Source: Utricularia gibba (lineage: Eukaryota; Plantae; Magnoliophyta). From it: DNA of 64,000 nucleotides. The notes beneath the pieces are model-generated. The model made no database searches and was not told the origin of the DNA. It saw only the letters and a program-made list of their open reading frames with translations. Below, piece by piece: positions 41,282 to 54,359 of the stretch. The stretch is from positions 1,426,001 to 1,490,000 of the forward strand of contig NEEC01000016.1 of the NCBI GenBank assembly GCA_002189035.1. Reading direction: 5' to 3'. The position numbers and the translations under genes are program-made. The first letter of the stretch is position 1, and every line of letters starts with the position of its first letter.

Positions 41282-42464
41282 CATCTTTTATTTGACTGAG
41301 TATAATCATGAGTGTGTGTAGATATTACATTTGAGGGAATGATCTGAACATATACGAGTTCATTAAGATATTTTTGCATTTTGTGTAAAGATGTCTTCAG
41401 GATCATGTACTTGTTGTATTCGATTACCACATTTCAATGACCTTGAAAAATCAAAACAAAAATGATTATGTAGGCTAATTTACGTGGAGTATGGGAAATT
41501 GGGTTACTTCGCATTGAGTTAGCATAAATAATAAGATGTGCTTCACATAAGCAAGAGTCTCATTTGATAAGCAAGACTCTTACCCACTAAATAGGATGTA
41601 TGCATTTTTTTTTTATATGGAGCAAAAGAATTTAAATGGTATCGGAGGTACATACCCCTCCTATTCTTGCACGTTCAATGATTGCGACTTACGAGAGGTT
41701 TATGGTTAGTTTTTTAGTTTTTTTCAGAATTAATTGTTTACTTATTAATTTTCCTAAAAAAAATGTATGTAAATAATTGAAAGTGTATATTATTATTTAT
41801 TTTCCTTTAAAATTATTCATTAATAATATATTACATTTTTGTTGATTTATTTAAAATATGATTTTATTTATTTATTAATTATTAAAAACCCTCATTTTAA
41901 AAAATAATGAATATAAAGTTTGGGAGATTATGGGTATTATGGATCTTCTTTATTGTTTCGATTGAATTTTATATTTTTCTTTTATTTGTAGTCTATTTAT
42001 GTAATTTAATTATATTTTTAATTTAATTAATAATTAATTCTTTATATTAATTTCAAGTAATATTTAATTTTTTTAAAAATTTGTTATGATTTTTTTTAGA
42101 TTAAAGAACACATAAACTTATACAATCTTATCAAGGTGACAGCTACTTTCTATCTCAAGTATTCTCGATAAAGTTCTAATTCTTATGAATTTATTGTGTT
42201 ATGATTATGTTTTTATGACTGATTTTTAAAAAATATGCATCTAATTTATTAATATTAATATAGTTTATGTTATAATTGTATATAACTTGATTTATTTAAT
42301 TCAATTTTTTATTTAATCTTTTATATACTTTTTGTATTTTAATTATGTTATTTTTTAAAAAAAATTTAGAAATTCAAATATTCTAATATGTTTAGTTTTA
42401 TTTTAAGTTGATAATATTTTAGTATTTGATTTGTTTTAAATGATTTGTCAATAGATATTCAATA

Positions 42465-43138
42465 GAAAAATTGTCAAAATGTCATTTTTATTTTCTTCAT
42501 TTTCGATTTTAGATATTACTATTTTGTAATTCCAAAATTATTCTTAATTTTTTAGTTAGTTACAAAATAAAAAGTATTGTTTACAAAATGTTTGCAAATT
42601 TCAATTTGTAATGATATTTCACTATTAACCCACGTGCCCCTCTTTTAATTTTTACGAAAATCAATTTGAAACTCTAATTGTAAGTGAAAGTTTCGAATAT
42701 ACATCAATATTTTTCTTCGATCGCAATGGGTCTCTATAATTTTAACTTCAATCATGTTCAGGGTCGTATAACAAGGTAGATCTACTTATTTCAATCATTA
42801 TTTTTCATTTTTTACAGCTCTATTTGTGTTTGATTCTAATTGAATCTTGGCACATATTCGATTGCCTTACATGATCGAAGGTAAAATCTTAGAGATCCAT
42901 CAAGATTGAAGTGAAACTTTGATGTATATTCGAAACTTCCACATACAATTAGGATTTTAGATTGTTTTCGCAAAAATTGAAAGAGGGCATGATGGTTAAC
43001 GGTAAATTATCATTATGTAACAATAATGTCGTATTTTGTAATTAACTAAACAGTTAAGACTAATTTAGGAATTATAAAACAGTAATGTCTAAAATCGTAA
43101 ATAGATAAAACAAAAGTGACACGTTTGACAATTATTTC
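42465..43138. mobile_element. Mutator-like non-autonomous fold-back element (674 bp)
   Basis: Imperfect TIRs of about 270 bp (shared core GAAAGTTTCGAATATACATCAA and its reverse complement) starting with G, flanked by ATATTCAATA on both sides (10-11-bp TSD). Confidence 0.8.
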
Positions 43139-43199
43139 AATATTCAATAATTCATTTATTTTAGATTTTATATGTCAATAGATACTTTAAATATTCTAT

Positions 43200-45002
43200 T
43201 AGATTGTAGTTTATTGTAAATGTAGGATCAGGATATTTCGAGTCAAATTTTGAGCCGTAAAGTTTTGAACAATGTTTAAATGTTTACACTCACTAAAGTA
43301 TCATCACTATTTTTTTATATAAATTACACACAATTGAGATAACATCTATATGGTAGATTTAAATGTTTGTCTTGAATTTTTCTTCTCAAATTTTTTCATT
43401 TTCTTTAGATAATATTTCAACTTACAACAATGTTGTATCTCTTTTAAAAGAAAATTGTTTACCGATCTTGGATGAATTTTTTTTCATTATAAATGTATAT
43501 GTTATATTTTCAATTTATATATATAAGATGAATTGAGTATTTTCAATTTATTTTACATTTTAGGCATTCAAGTACTAGGAGAAATGAAATGAAATGTTTA
43601 TATTTGAAGTATAATTTGTCATTGAAACATTTTATAGTTGATTATAAGATTAGGTAGAATTTGACTTATAATATACTAGCAATGTTACTTAATTATAAAA
43701 TTCTTATGATTAAATTTTTTGAGAATATACATGATGTTAGTGGAGTGATTGATGAATGTTCATTTTCTATTATTGATAAACTTTTTAACTTGATTGAAAT
43801 GTTTTATTCTACCGCTAATTTGCTAAGTGATTTATATATTCCTACTACACATTTAATTCTTTAAACACGTGTTAGCATTTCTTATGTTTTTTTTTAATTT
43901 CTCCTGAAAGTTTCCATTTCATAATATAATAAGTGATATGTAAAAGAATTTTTAAAATACTATTATAAAATTTTTGAATTATATCTTGTTGTTATCATTT
44001 TAGATCCTAAATTAAAGGAAAAATGATTGAAAACTTTACTTGATATATTTGCATATTGTTTTGATACATAAAATGTATTTGTTATTGATGTTAGAAAAAT
44101 GGAGAGGGAACAAATTTTAAATATTCAATTTATGATTGCATTATATGAAATTGAGCATGGTATATTGAATATGTTTATAATAAATGTTTTTATTTCTTCA
44201 TCTTACTTTTTATGTTCTATTACTATTAATCTTATTATAGTTCTTCTTCCCAATTCTCTAGCTCACATGGACAATATACAATACTATGACCATTGTTGAA
44301 GATAATTATGATGATTCTTTTGATATACTAACATGATGGAAAAGTAATGCTATAAATTTTTCAATATTAGACAAGATGACCAAATATGTACTTACTCCTC
44401 TAGTTTTTAACCATGTCTATGGATAGTGATTTTCATGCTAGTAACAAAATGTTTTCCAAAAAAAGATCAAAACTTGTTCATAACATATTAAAGGTATATA
44501 TATATATATATATATATATTGAATGATTGGAATAATATGGCAAAGAGGAAAAATAAATTACAAGATGATGAATCAAATTCAGAAAGAGGAATATGGAAAA
44601 TACGAATAGCATGAAATAATAATTTTTTTTATTATACTTTGATTTTTATTTTTAAAGATTTGAAGATGAATAATATAGTATTAATCAGTTAAAAAAATGA
44701 AGGTAAATTAACAAAATTAGAAATATGATACTCTTTTAAAAATCTTATAAAAATATTAATTTTATAAATATTTTGATTTAATTATTAATATAATTTGATT
44801 TAAAATTCAAAATAATATTTTTTTTCAAGCTTTGAGCCAAACAACCCGTCGACCCATTAACTTGTGATCAATACACGATTTGAACGAAATTTGATTAAAA
44901 CCTGTGAAGCTGACCCATATAGGAGTCCAAATTATATGCTCGTCCATAAATTAGATCCATCGATTTGACAAACCCATCGGGCCCAACCCATACCCACCAC
45001 TA
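43200..45002 (+). mobile_element. Degraded hAT element, right part; putative TIR ends at 45002 inside PsaN intron 2
   Basis: LIEMFYSTANLLSDLYIPTTHLIL and KYVLTPLV resemble hAT transposase. Subterminal ACCC repeats and the terminus CCCATACCCACCACTA are present. The left TIR was not found. Confidence 0.6.
44497..44518. repeat. (TA)n microsatellite
   Basis: About eleven TA units. Confidence 0.85.
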
Positions 45003-45300
45003 TTTGAAACCTTCTGCTTGGCGAGATCTTGGCATCCAGTGAAGTTATTAGGGTTTGTTTGGTTAGAGATATTGCTAGGTATGGGATTTGATGATTATTA
45101 GGTATTTGAGAGTAATTGGTATGGGATGGAATATGTTAATGATGTGTTTGGTTAGAATAAAAAGGGATAGGATTTGTTTTAATTTTTTTTATTATTTTAT
45201 ATCAATTACAATTATACCCCTAAATAAAAAAAAAAATAAAATTCTATTTAATAATGTGTCTTCTTTATTTTTTGTCACTAGGGTTCTCCCGCTTTAGAGA

Positions 45301-46574
45301 ATGGTGCGAAGTTCTTCAAGCAATCGTCCAAGAACAGCTGTGGTGGCTGATGAAGGTCAATTTTGAGAGTTTCATTCTTGTTCTATGATTAGTATTGTAT
45401 ATAGCCCATGTTTTTAGTTGTTAGAAATGAAACAATTGATTGTTTATGAAAAAAGTTCAATTCTTTTGCTTTAACATTTGATTATTTCCATTGTTGTTGC
45501 GAAATGACACAAGTGATTTCATTGTTGTGACAAGTGATTTTTGCTGTTGTTGCTCTTTTATTCGTTTTAAAAATATGCAAGTTTGTGTAAATGGCAGCAC
45601 CTTAATTTTAATCCTATTTACTAATGCATGACTATATTAATTTGTGGTGTAGATGAGGATCATGGAAAAAGAATTTGGGTTGAGGAAGAAGAAAACGCCT
45701 TGATCCTTGCTTTCAAACAGATAATTGTAGATAAGTGGAAGTGCAATTATTCATTTAAAGCCGGATATCTTAATGTATTGGAGGATATCTTAAAGAAAAT
45801 GTTACCAAGGGCTAACATTAAGGGTAACCCCCATATTTCTTCTAAATATAAGGTTTGGAAAAGGAACTTTGGAAAGGTACATGACTTTGTTTCAAGATCT
45901 AAAAACAGCCTTGATTTAATCACACATAAGATTGATACAACTAAGGAGCATTGGGATGAGTTGTTAAAGGTACAATTTAATTGAATTTTCGATTTAACAT
46001 TATGTATACTAATTCATACAATTTTATTGTTTTCTTTTCTTTTGCATAGCATGATAAGAAAACTTATATTACTTTGAAAGATAAAGTTTTTCCCTACTAT
46101 AATGATTGGCTTGAGATCTTTGGTAAAGATCGTGCAAATGGAAGTTGTACAATAGGAGCGACTAATGAAAGATTAGAGGATATTGCTGCCTCTTCACCCA
46201 ACCTTACAAGTGAATCTGGATTTTCAGCACATATGGGTAGTGGTACTAATCTTGAAGAGTCTCCTTCAACTTATGGTGAAAGTAGTAGACCAAAGAAAAG
46301 GAAAAAAGTTGACGATATTAGTCCGTTTTGGGATAGAATGGAGGCTTTGGCGAAGAGAAACAATGACTCATTCATGAATGCGATGCAAATGTTAACAGTA
46401 GCAGAAATTGAAAGACAAAAGGCTCGTGACATAATACGTGGTATGAACATTACTAAGGTCGAAAAGATTGCAGCTTACACCAATCTTCTTAATGATTCAG
46501 CTCGTGTGTCATGCTTCATAGACTTGAATGAAGAAGATCGTGAAGATTATCTGAAAGACATTGCTTTCTATTAG
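45301..46574 (+). CDS. Harbinger Myb/SANT-like DNA-binding protein, 3 exons (45301-45355, 45653-45969, 46050-46574), about 298 aa, open frame
   Basis: RIWVEEEENALI...FKAGYLNVLE...HISSKYKVWKR and FPYYNDWLEIFGKDRANG. Splice phases join in frame. Confidence 0.8.
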
Positions 46575-46645
46575 TTATGCTATGACTACTTTTTGTAGTA
46601 GACTGATCTTTTGTTTGGAGTTGCTATTCCCCTTGTTCTAGTTAA

Positions 46646-47048
46646 CTGCAGAATATCGAACTGCACGATTGTCATGTTTCGTAGTATTTCTGTTATGAGC
46701 CGTTGTGATTCAGAAAATGTGTTTAACATGAAAATTGTAGCCCTTCGAATGTAGTTTCCGTAGAATTTCAAAACGCTCAATTTGGATCACTATGTCAAAA
46801 TGTGTGTTTAATTTCCTATAAATTGCCGTTTGACAGCATTGGCTGCAAAATATTGAACTGCACGACTGTCATGTTTCGTAACATTTCTGTTATGATCCGT
46901 TGTGATTAAGAAAATGTGTTTAAAATGACAATTGTAGCCCTTCGAGTGTAGTTTTTTTGTAGAATTTTAAAACACTCAATTTGGATCACCACGTCATAAT
47001 TTGTGTTTAATTTCCTATAAGTTGCTGTTTGATGGCATTGGCTGCAGA
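46646..47048. repeat. Two tandem copies of an about 197-bp unit between the Harbinger genes
   Basis: GAACTGCACGA(T/C)TGTCATGTTTCGTA...GCATTGGCTGCA occurs twice with scattered substitutions. Confidence 0.85.
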
Positions 47049-47119
47049 CAATATAGAGTTAAAAAATTTTACATACGATAACAAGTTCATGACTTAAAAC
47101 AATATAGAGGTTCAACACT

Positions 47120-48558
47120 TGAAACTAAACATTCAACCATTCTTCAGACATTGTAGTAGCAAGATCATCACATAAACCATTCCAAGCAGGGGTAGATTCA
47201 ACCGTATCAATGTAATCTTGACCTTCTTTATTTACCTCTTGATAATCTTCTGGGACTTTCTCGACGTATGAAATTATGGAGTAAGACACATGCGATGATC
47301 ATTCTCGTTTGTGTCTGGATGGCATAGAAGGATGGACTCCGTAGAATACCCCATCGTTTTTTTATTATTCCCCATGCTCTCTCAATTACGTTTCTTGCCT
47401 TCGCATGTCACATATTGTAATATTCCTTTTCATTTTGTGGTACTTCCATTCCAGACCCCCATTCCTTTAGATGGTAGCGTACACCACGATACGGGGTTAG
47501 AAACCCCTCACAATTAGTATATCCACAATCACCTAAATAGTAATAAACTACAAAAATAATCAACTTAGATAGTCACTCAAATTGTCACATTTTTTCAAAA
47601 ATTGCAGCTTGTTTTATGTAAAATGACTGATGTTCATCATGTAATCTGAAATTTAATCAAGTTAACAACAAAAAGAATAATTTGATCACATAAACATTCA
47701 TAACTTAATAAAAAAACAAAGATAATCAACCAGTAAATAGAATCTATAAGGTCATATACACCATGCATTAAAAGCAACAACATAAAAAAATGATATGTAG
47801 TCAAAATACTCATAAAAATAATCACATTACCTGTGCGAACACGAAAACTTAGATTCCGAGTAAGTGCATGATGTAGAACACGCCCATCCGCAGCCGAACC
47901 TTTCCAACCGACAAGTATATATATAAAGTTCATTTTCTCGTTGCAAACCCCTAAAATGTTGGTTGATATTCCACCTTTATAACTTCTATAACGCCCTTTT
48001 TCAGACTTTTTATCCGTAACATCTACAAATGTTCCATCTAAAGCCCCCAAACAATTTTTAAAATATTTGAAAGGAGTTTCCAATTATAGGTTCCGGTTTC
48101 ACTAACAAAATATCATGTAATCTCAAAATACACTGAATTACGGATTTAACATACTTGCTAATAGTCTCACTAGACCTTTTAAAGTCGAACTTAAGAACTC
48201 TCATTTTCTTGTGATGACTTAGAACACTAAGAAAAATGGCTACTTTTTCAGATACTGTAACATATTTCGATGATTTCAATCCACCACGAATAGATAATAA
48301 AACACATAAACGTTTGAAAATATCTTCGTTGATCCTAAGATTTTCAAGAGAAGCACCTCGACGATCACTAAATAAATCTCTTAAATATGTAATTTGTCTA
48401 GGAATTCTTTCTTTCATAGAGTAGGTGATTCGGGCTCTAGAATTTTGACGCAGCTTCCTAACCCAAAACCAGAAAAATGCATACTCCATTTGTAACAAAT
48501 TATTTGAATGAAACTTCAACATGAGCATTAAAAATTCAGTGAAAACATTTGGATTCAT
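47120..48558 (-). pseudogene. Disrupted Harbinger DDE transposase
   Basis: CLGALDGT, YYLGDCGY and RNVIERAWG hold the D, D and E residues. Frameshifts near 48070 and near 47365. Confidence 0.85.
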
Positions 48559-49613
48559 GGATAGTATAATTAATCAAACACTATGACAAAAAAATATTTC
48601 CAATTATTGAATTTAGGCATTAACTTGAAAACATGAAAATAATATCAAATTTAACATATGCTAATTTCATTGAACATTGAATTCTAATATCAAAAATTGT
48701 GCGAATCTAGGGATATTGAGCGAATTTAACCAAATTCTAAAAAAATAAACAACAAACCTGAGAGGAAATAAGGTAAATAGATCGCACGCAACTTTTCCCC
48801 AAAAGCCCAGCAAGAATCAATGATTCAATTGGCCAACTCGGAAATCTAGGTTTTTTGGGATGCTTCAATTGACCAGCGAAAAACGATGCTTCAAGTGTGA
48901 GAAGAAGGTATGTTTTATTTCAGTTTTTTTAATTAAATAGAAATTATAAAATTAAGGGTAAAATTGTAAATAAATTATAATGTATAATAAAGTTCGAGGA
49001 TTCAAGTCTTCACACCCAAATCCTATATCTTAGATATATTGAAGTAATTTTTTAAAAACCCATGGAATAAGCATAATTAATACCAAACATGAGATTTGTA
49101 GTCCAATCCTTCTAAAATAACCCCAATACCTCATACCAAACACATTCTTAAGGAACTTGCAAGTTCCGAAATTCACAGTGTTTTGCTTAGGCCAAATTAG
49201 CACCACTGGTGCCCAGCCCCTTCTTGTCATTCAACAATTAAATGCTCTTAGTAGTTGAATTCCTACAACTTTTCAACAAGAATTGTAGAAACTAATCTTG
49301 TTTGCTTTGCTTCTTTCCAAGCAATACTCAATGATGCATTGGCAGCACTGGCAGAGGAGACCATGACCGTGAAGACAGCAGCACCGACGCCAAAAAGAGC
49401 AGCCCTTCTTCCAGATTCATCAGAGTTTGAAACTTTGACCTGCTGTGCCTTGATCACTAGAAGTTTCTGTGCCTTGATCACTAGAAGTTGACCAGAAGCA
49501 GCGTAGTTACAGGCCAGAATTCTGGAGTTAAAGAATGGAGAATGAGCTTCAAAAAAATAAAAATATAAAACAGTAAATATGGATAGTGGGGGGGGGGGGG
49601 GGGGGGGAATGCG

Positions 49614-49695
49614 GATAAGGTGAGATCGCTTCATCCCTTTGCCAAACTCTTATCCAGGAGCCGGTCTAACCTACCGGCTAACAACAAAGCACGTG
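49614..49695. promoter_or_regulatory. Light-responsive elements (two I-boxes and a G-box) upstream of the PsaN pseudogene
   Basis: GATAAG at 49614-49619, CTTATC at 49649-49654, CACGTG at 49690-49695. A G20 run is at 49588-49607. Confidence 0.55.
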
Positions 49696-50535
49696 TGTCT
49701 TTTGCCCCATGTCTGAATAGTAAGATTTATTTAAGTTTATCCGAATAAAAAATGATATATGTATTTAGGGCAATTTTCTTTCAAGAAGATAAAAATAATA
49801 ATATGAGTACGGTAATAGGGGTCTAGTGTCATCACCTAGCCTAGTGGCTCCCGTATCCACCAATGGCTGAATAAGCTGGTGACATGTGTGGGCCCACTAA
49901 GAGTTAGAGTATTTAAATGTATTACCATGAAAACAATTTTAAAAAAATAAATATTATTTGTACCACAAAAAATATATTTCATAATTAGAAAAAATAGCCC
50001 TAGCATATAAACGTATTTGAAAAGAATAATACATACAAGCAGACGTCGGAATAGCAGCCGCCGGCTGCCGGTCGGCCCCCAGCCAGCTTTTCTTGTCGTA
50101 TCCTTTATTTTTTTTTCTACACAAAATAAAATTGAAAATGTTAAAATTGTTTACTTTTCACCAAGCTGGGTGGATGGTGTTCCAAAGAGACAATTTCCTC
50201 ATCTCATTCACCAAAGTTTTGTTTCACGACGGTGAAATTTAGGATGTCGGATTTCGATAGCTTGGTTTTGTAGGATTAAAAGGGAAGTGATAGTAAGAAA
50301 TGCAACATGCTCGCTCCACTTGTGTTGTTGAGAAAATCAAATATAAATTTCTTGCATCTTTGATATCTTTCTCGGGAGTTCAACCCTTTATTCGTTTAGT
50401 TAATTTGATGAAAGTTTGGAAAGCTCGGCGACCGGGGGATGGGATATCGGGCATGGGTGTGATCTGAGGGGTGCGCCGGGGATTGGTATTCTGGGTTTGT
50501 GGTATGCTTCACTTTTTCTTTTGAGTGGGTGAAAG

Positions 50536-53500
50536 ATGCCGGTTTGGTGGAGTAGAAGATATGGGAGGAGCAAGGATTCAGCTTCCGTTGATGGAAGGAA
50601 CAAGGGGAGGGAAAACGATGATGGTAAAACCAGGAGCTTTGATGAGGCTTTACTGCAGCCGCCATCAAGGAATTCGCCGCGTAAAAGCACGGACCACTCG
50701 CCGATTGGAAGGGAATTAGGGAGCAGGAATTTATCTGGGTTTTCTGGGTTTGATTCGTCTTCGTCGTTAGATATGCCTCTTCCTTTGCCTAGGCCGTCGG
50801 AGTCGCCAAATGATCATGCCCATGGTCCCGGATCCGGATCCGGGACTGCATCTGTTTCAAGTGTCAGTTCATCTGGGTCCTATGATGATCACGCTCATGG
50901 TGGTGCTGATCATCCAGTTTATAGGTTTGATTTAAATTGGATCCTTTGGTTTATGTTGGAACTTGTTTCTCTTATATTTAGAATTGCAAGTTTATGCTCA
51001 AATCTTAGCCGAGGTCTCCTTTTTTTGCTGTTGAAGGTGTGCTCTGCCTTATATATATGAATTATTCTTAGTTTTCGTCTCGGAAACATGTTTCCGAGGC
51101 ACAGGTTGGAGGTTCTTTTCGAGATTTTCCCCTTCCCTACACTGCTTGGAAAATGAATGATCAATCTTGGACTTTGTTTTACTTCGTTTTGATGGTCCTA
51201 TTCCTGTTTCCCTTAAGAGGTTTCTTTTGGTGTTCGCTGGTTACTTTTCTGCTTGTTAAGCTAAATTTGAGGGGTGCTTGCCGTATTGATTTTTTTTGGC
51301 AGAGGAAACGCTGAGACCATCTGTCCGGTGATAGTAAACCGTGATCCAGGTTCGAGATGTAGTTCGTCTGCAACTTCGCCACTTAGTGTCCGACTTAGAG
51401 CTATCAATTCAGAATCTCCAACCGCAAAGCCTGAAGAGGGGAAGAGTGAGCTTCATAAGCTGCCCCTTCCACCTGGTTCTCCAACAAGCCCAGCAATTTT
51501 TCAACCCTCAAAATGGACAAAGGGAAGACTTTTGGGAAAAGGCACTTATGGTCATGTTTATCTGGCCTTCAACAAGTAATGCAAGATGCCTAGACTTTAA
51601 TTATATTTATGACAATTTTCTTTATCACTGAGAAGCAGTTTTTTTCATCCGCTCTTACTGCCTAGACTTGTGTGTATGCGTTTAGTTGCTGCGACATTTG
51701 ATGGTTGTTTGTAAGTTTTGATTTTGCATCTCTTAAAATATGTGGCAGTGACAATGGGCAAATGTGTGCAATAAAGGAAGTTAAAGTTGTTTCAGATGAT
51801 CAATCTTCGAAAGAATCTCTTAGACAGCTCAACCAGGTCTTCCTTTCTTCTCGAAATGTTCATTTTTTAAGCGATCTCTGTTCTCAAGTGTTTACTGTTT
51901 CTAGGAATATATTGATGTTCCTGTTTACCCCTTGTCGTGCTGATGCTTTCTAATGGTTTGCTCAGGAAATATCATTGCTTCGATGCTTTTCTCATCCAAA
52001 TATTGTTAGATACTACGGCAGTGACCTGGTATGCGATGCTTTTAGTCATTTCATTCATTCCGTTCGCACAGAAAGTACTGGATTCTTTGCTCATCTATTA
52101 AGCTTTTCTGTATCTCTTTCTAGAGTGAAGAGACGCTGTCCGTGTATTTGGAATACGTTTCTGGAGGTTCCATCCATAAACTATTACAAGAATACGGCCC
52201 CTTCAGAGAGCCTGTCATACAGAACTATACTCGACAGATTCTTTCAGGTCTAGCTTACTTGCATGGTCGCCATACAGTTCATCGGTAACTTTTAGTTCCA
52301 GTGGCCACCTCTGATGCTGTTGTTGTAACATCATTCCATTCTTCTGACATACCTCATCTCTCATCTCCAGGGACATCAAAGGAGCAAATATTTTAGTAGA
52401 TCCTAATGGTGAAATAAAACTTGCAGACTTTGGCATGGCAAAACATGTATGTTGCCTGTTTCAAATAGCGCTTTCGCCTCATGGTTGCCAGATTCGTAAT
52501 ATTTTTGCATCACCATCTTCAGTCACTGTAGTTTAAAGAGAAGTGCTTGAGTAGTTTTCACACAGTTTATTGATCTTCTTGCAGACGGCTTCCGCTTCCT
52601 CAATGCTTTCATTCAAGGGAAGTCCATACTGGATGGCACCTGAGGTTTTCCTCACTCACCCCCTCACATCTGTTGAAGATGATTTTCCTAAGAACAATGT
52701 CCGACAGTGTGTGTGTTCTGCATAGATTGTTTTGAACAAAGCTGGATACAGTCTTGCTGTGGATATCTGGAGCTTGGGATGCACCATTCTTGAAATGGCT
52801 ACCTCGAAGCCACCTTGGAGCCAATTCGAAGGGGTTAGCGTCCTCGATTCTTGCTCCTCGGATGTCGAAACAAGGCTGATGTATCGTTTTTCATGTATCA
52901 GGTTGCTGCTATATTCAAGATCGGAAACAGCAAGGATCTTCCCGACATCCCTGATCGGCTGTCTGCTGATGCCAAGGACTTTATAAAGCTGTGTTTGCAG
53001 CGGGAGCCATCTTCCCGGCCGCCAGCTTCTCAACTCCTGTGCCATCGCTTCGTCACAAACCAGAGCATGGTACGAGGAAGCACTCTCCCTGTGTCACGAG
53101 AGGTATCGCCTCATCCCTTCGATGGAGGTTCCACGCCGGTGAGTACGACCAACACCAATAAGCAACAGAACCTTTCTCCTGCTTGTTTTCAATGCTTTCT
53201 GCTCAATTGCAATGCAGCCTATTCTGGAGATGCATTCAGGCCGTGGTAGAAGAAGCTCCTTCGAAAGAGAAGATGCAGCAATGCTTCGAGCGCCAAGAAC
53301 CTTAATCAGCCCAAGGTATGTGTTTTTTCTCTGCGCAGTGCTGATGCGCCATTGAAACTTATGATGCCACCACTTCAGGGATAACGCAAGAACCATAACC
53401 TCACTACCCGTATCGCCATCCTCGAGTCCATTACGGAACAATGGAGCTCAAAATGGGGACTTTTTCCTCACACCACCGCACCCATCTTACACTGCACCTG

Positions 53501-53643
53501 GGAACAGTGACCATTTTTATGTTATCAACAACATTTCCCCACTGAGGCGCCCCAACTCCAGAAACTTGTTCGAACCCCGGGTGGAGAACCCCCTGTTCAG
53601 GCCCCGGGAACTCGCCATATCTCCTACAAGAACACTTAGATGA
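50536..53643 (+). CDS. MAPKKK3: MAP kinase kinase kinase 3/alpha (MEKK, YODA-related clade), 11 exons
   Basis: MPVWW start, [70 protein letters not shown]. Stop TGA at 53641-53643. Confidence 0.93.
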
Positions 53644-54359
53644 GCTCCCCATAACGGGGAAACAGGCATCCTGGTAATAAAGATCAACCATGACCCATTT
53701 CTCAGTAGCTTTTACATGCTTTATGACCGTATTTTTCCAACTTCTTCCATGGCAGATGATGGATGCTAGCTTTCTCATTGCAACTGCAGCCATGGATACG
53801 ATACGATACACCTTTTCTTCCACTGCTTGGAGTTATGCTTGTGTCTTTTGTAAAAGATTGGAGATACAGCCACGGAATTTGTTAGTAGAGAGGAGGTCAT
53901 CCTTCGTGACCCAAGGATGCTCTGTTTCAGTATCTGTATCCATATATTTGTGTGTATTTCTGAGATCCCACGTCGGTTAGGGACCAAATGTAACTCTGTT
54001 TATAGCAGCTGTTCAATGGCACATCGGCTCTCGTATATTCTGCAACCCATTGGAGCTCAATGACGAATGCTGTGGCACATCGCCCATCACACTGTGACTT
54101 CGGACCGGTGTTACCACTCACCTGCCATTGCCAGGAAGCTCATGAACAGCGCACGCAACATCTGTAAAAGCGCATCTTACCCACACCGGGAAAAATAAAC
54201 CTGCCCACCATGTTGTTTCTGGAGGAGAGGAGCTCGTTTTCAATCATCTGAAACATCTACCGTATGATTATTACATAAATGCGAGGATTTCCTCTATAGT
54301 ACCATAACACTCATTATAAATTGGAAGCCCTTGCAACAGAAACAGCGTGAGAAGAAGCC

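Larger units (their letters stand above)
45051..49147. mobile_element. PIF/Harbinger DNA transposon (4097 bp) with both ends and a TTA TSD
   Basis: Ends GGGTTTGTTTGGT... and ...ACCAAACACATTC, TTA at 45048-45050 and 49148-49150, convergent Myb/SANT and DDE transposase genes. Confidence 0.93.
45011..49535 (-). pseudogene. PSAN: Photosystem I subunit N (PsaN) pseudogene split by a PIF/Harbinger element
   Basis: NSRILACNYA...VIKAQ...GRRAA...SAANA...ERSKANK, then LNDKKGLGTSGANLA*...FGTCKFL up to 49148, and NFTGCQDLAKQK followed by a GT donor resuming at 45050-45011. No ATG, intron 1 donor GT>AT, stop at 49189-49187. Confidence 0.92.

Noticed and set aside
53960-54260. Possible minus-strand exon pair (DVACAVHELPGNGR / IYESRCAIEQLL*) with GT-AG borders
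   Set aside because: Too short to assign, no coherent upstream exon, and it could be chance.
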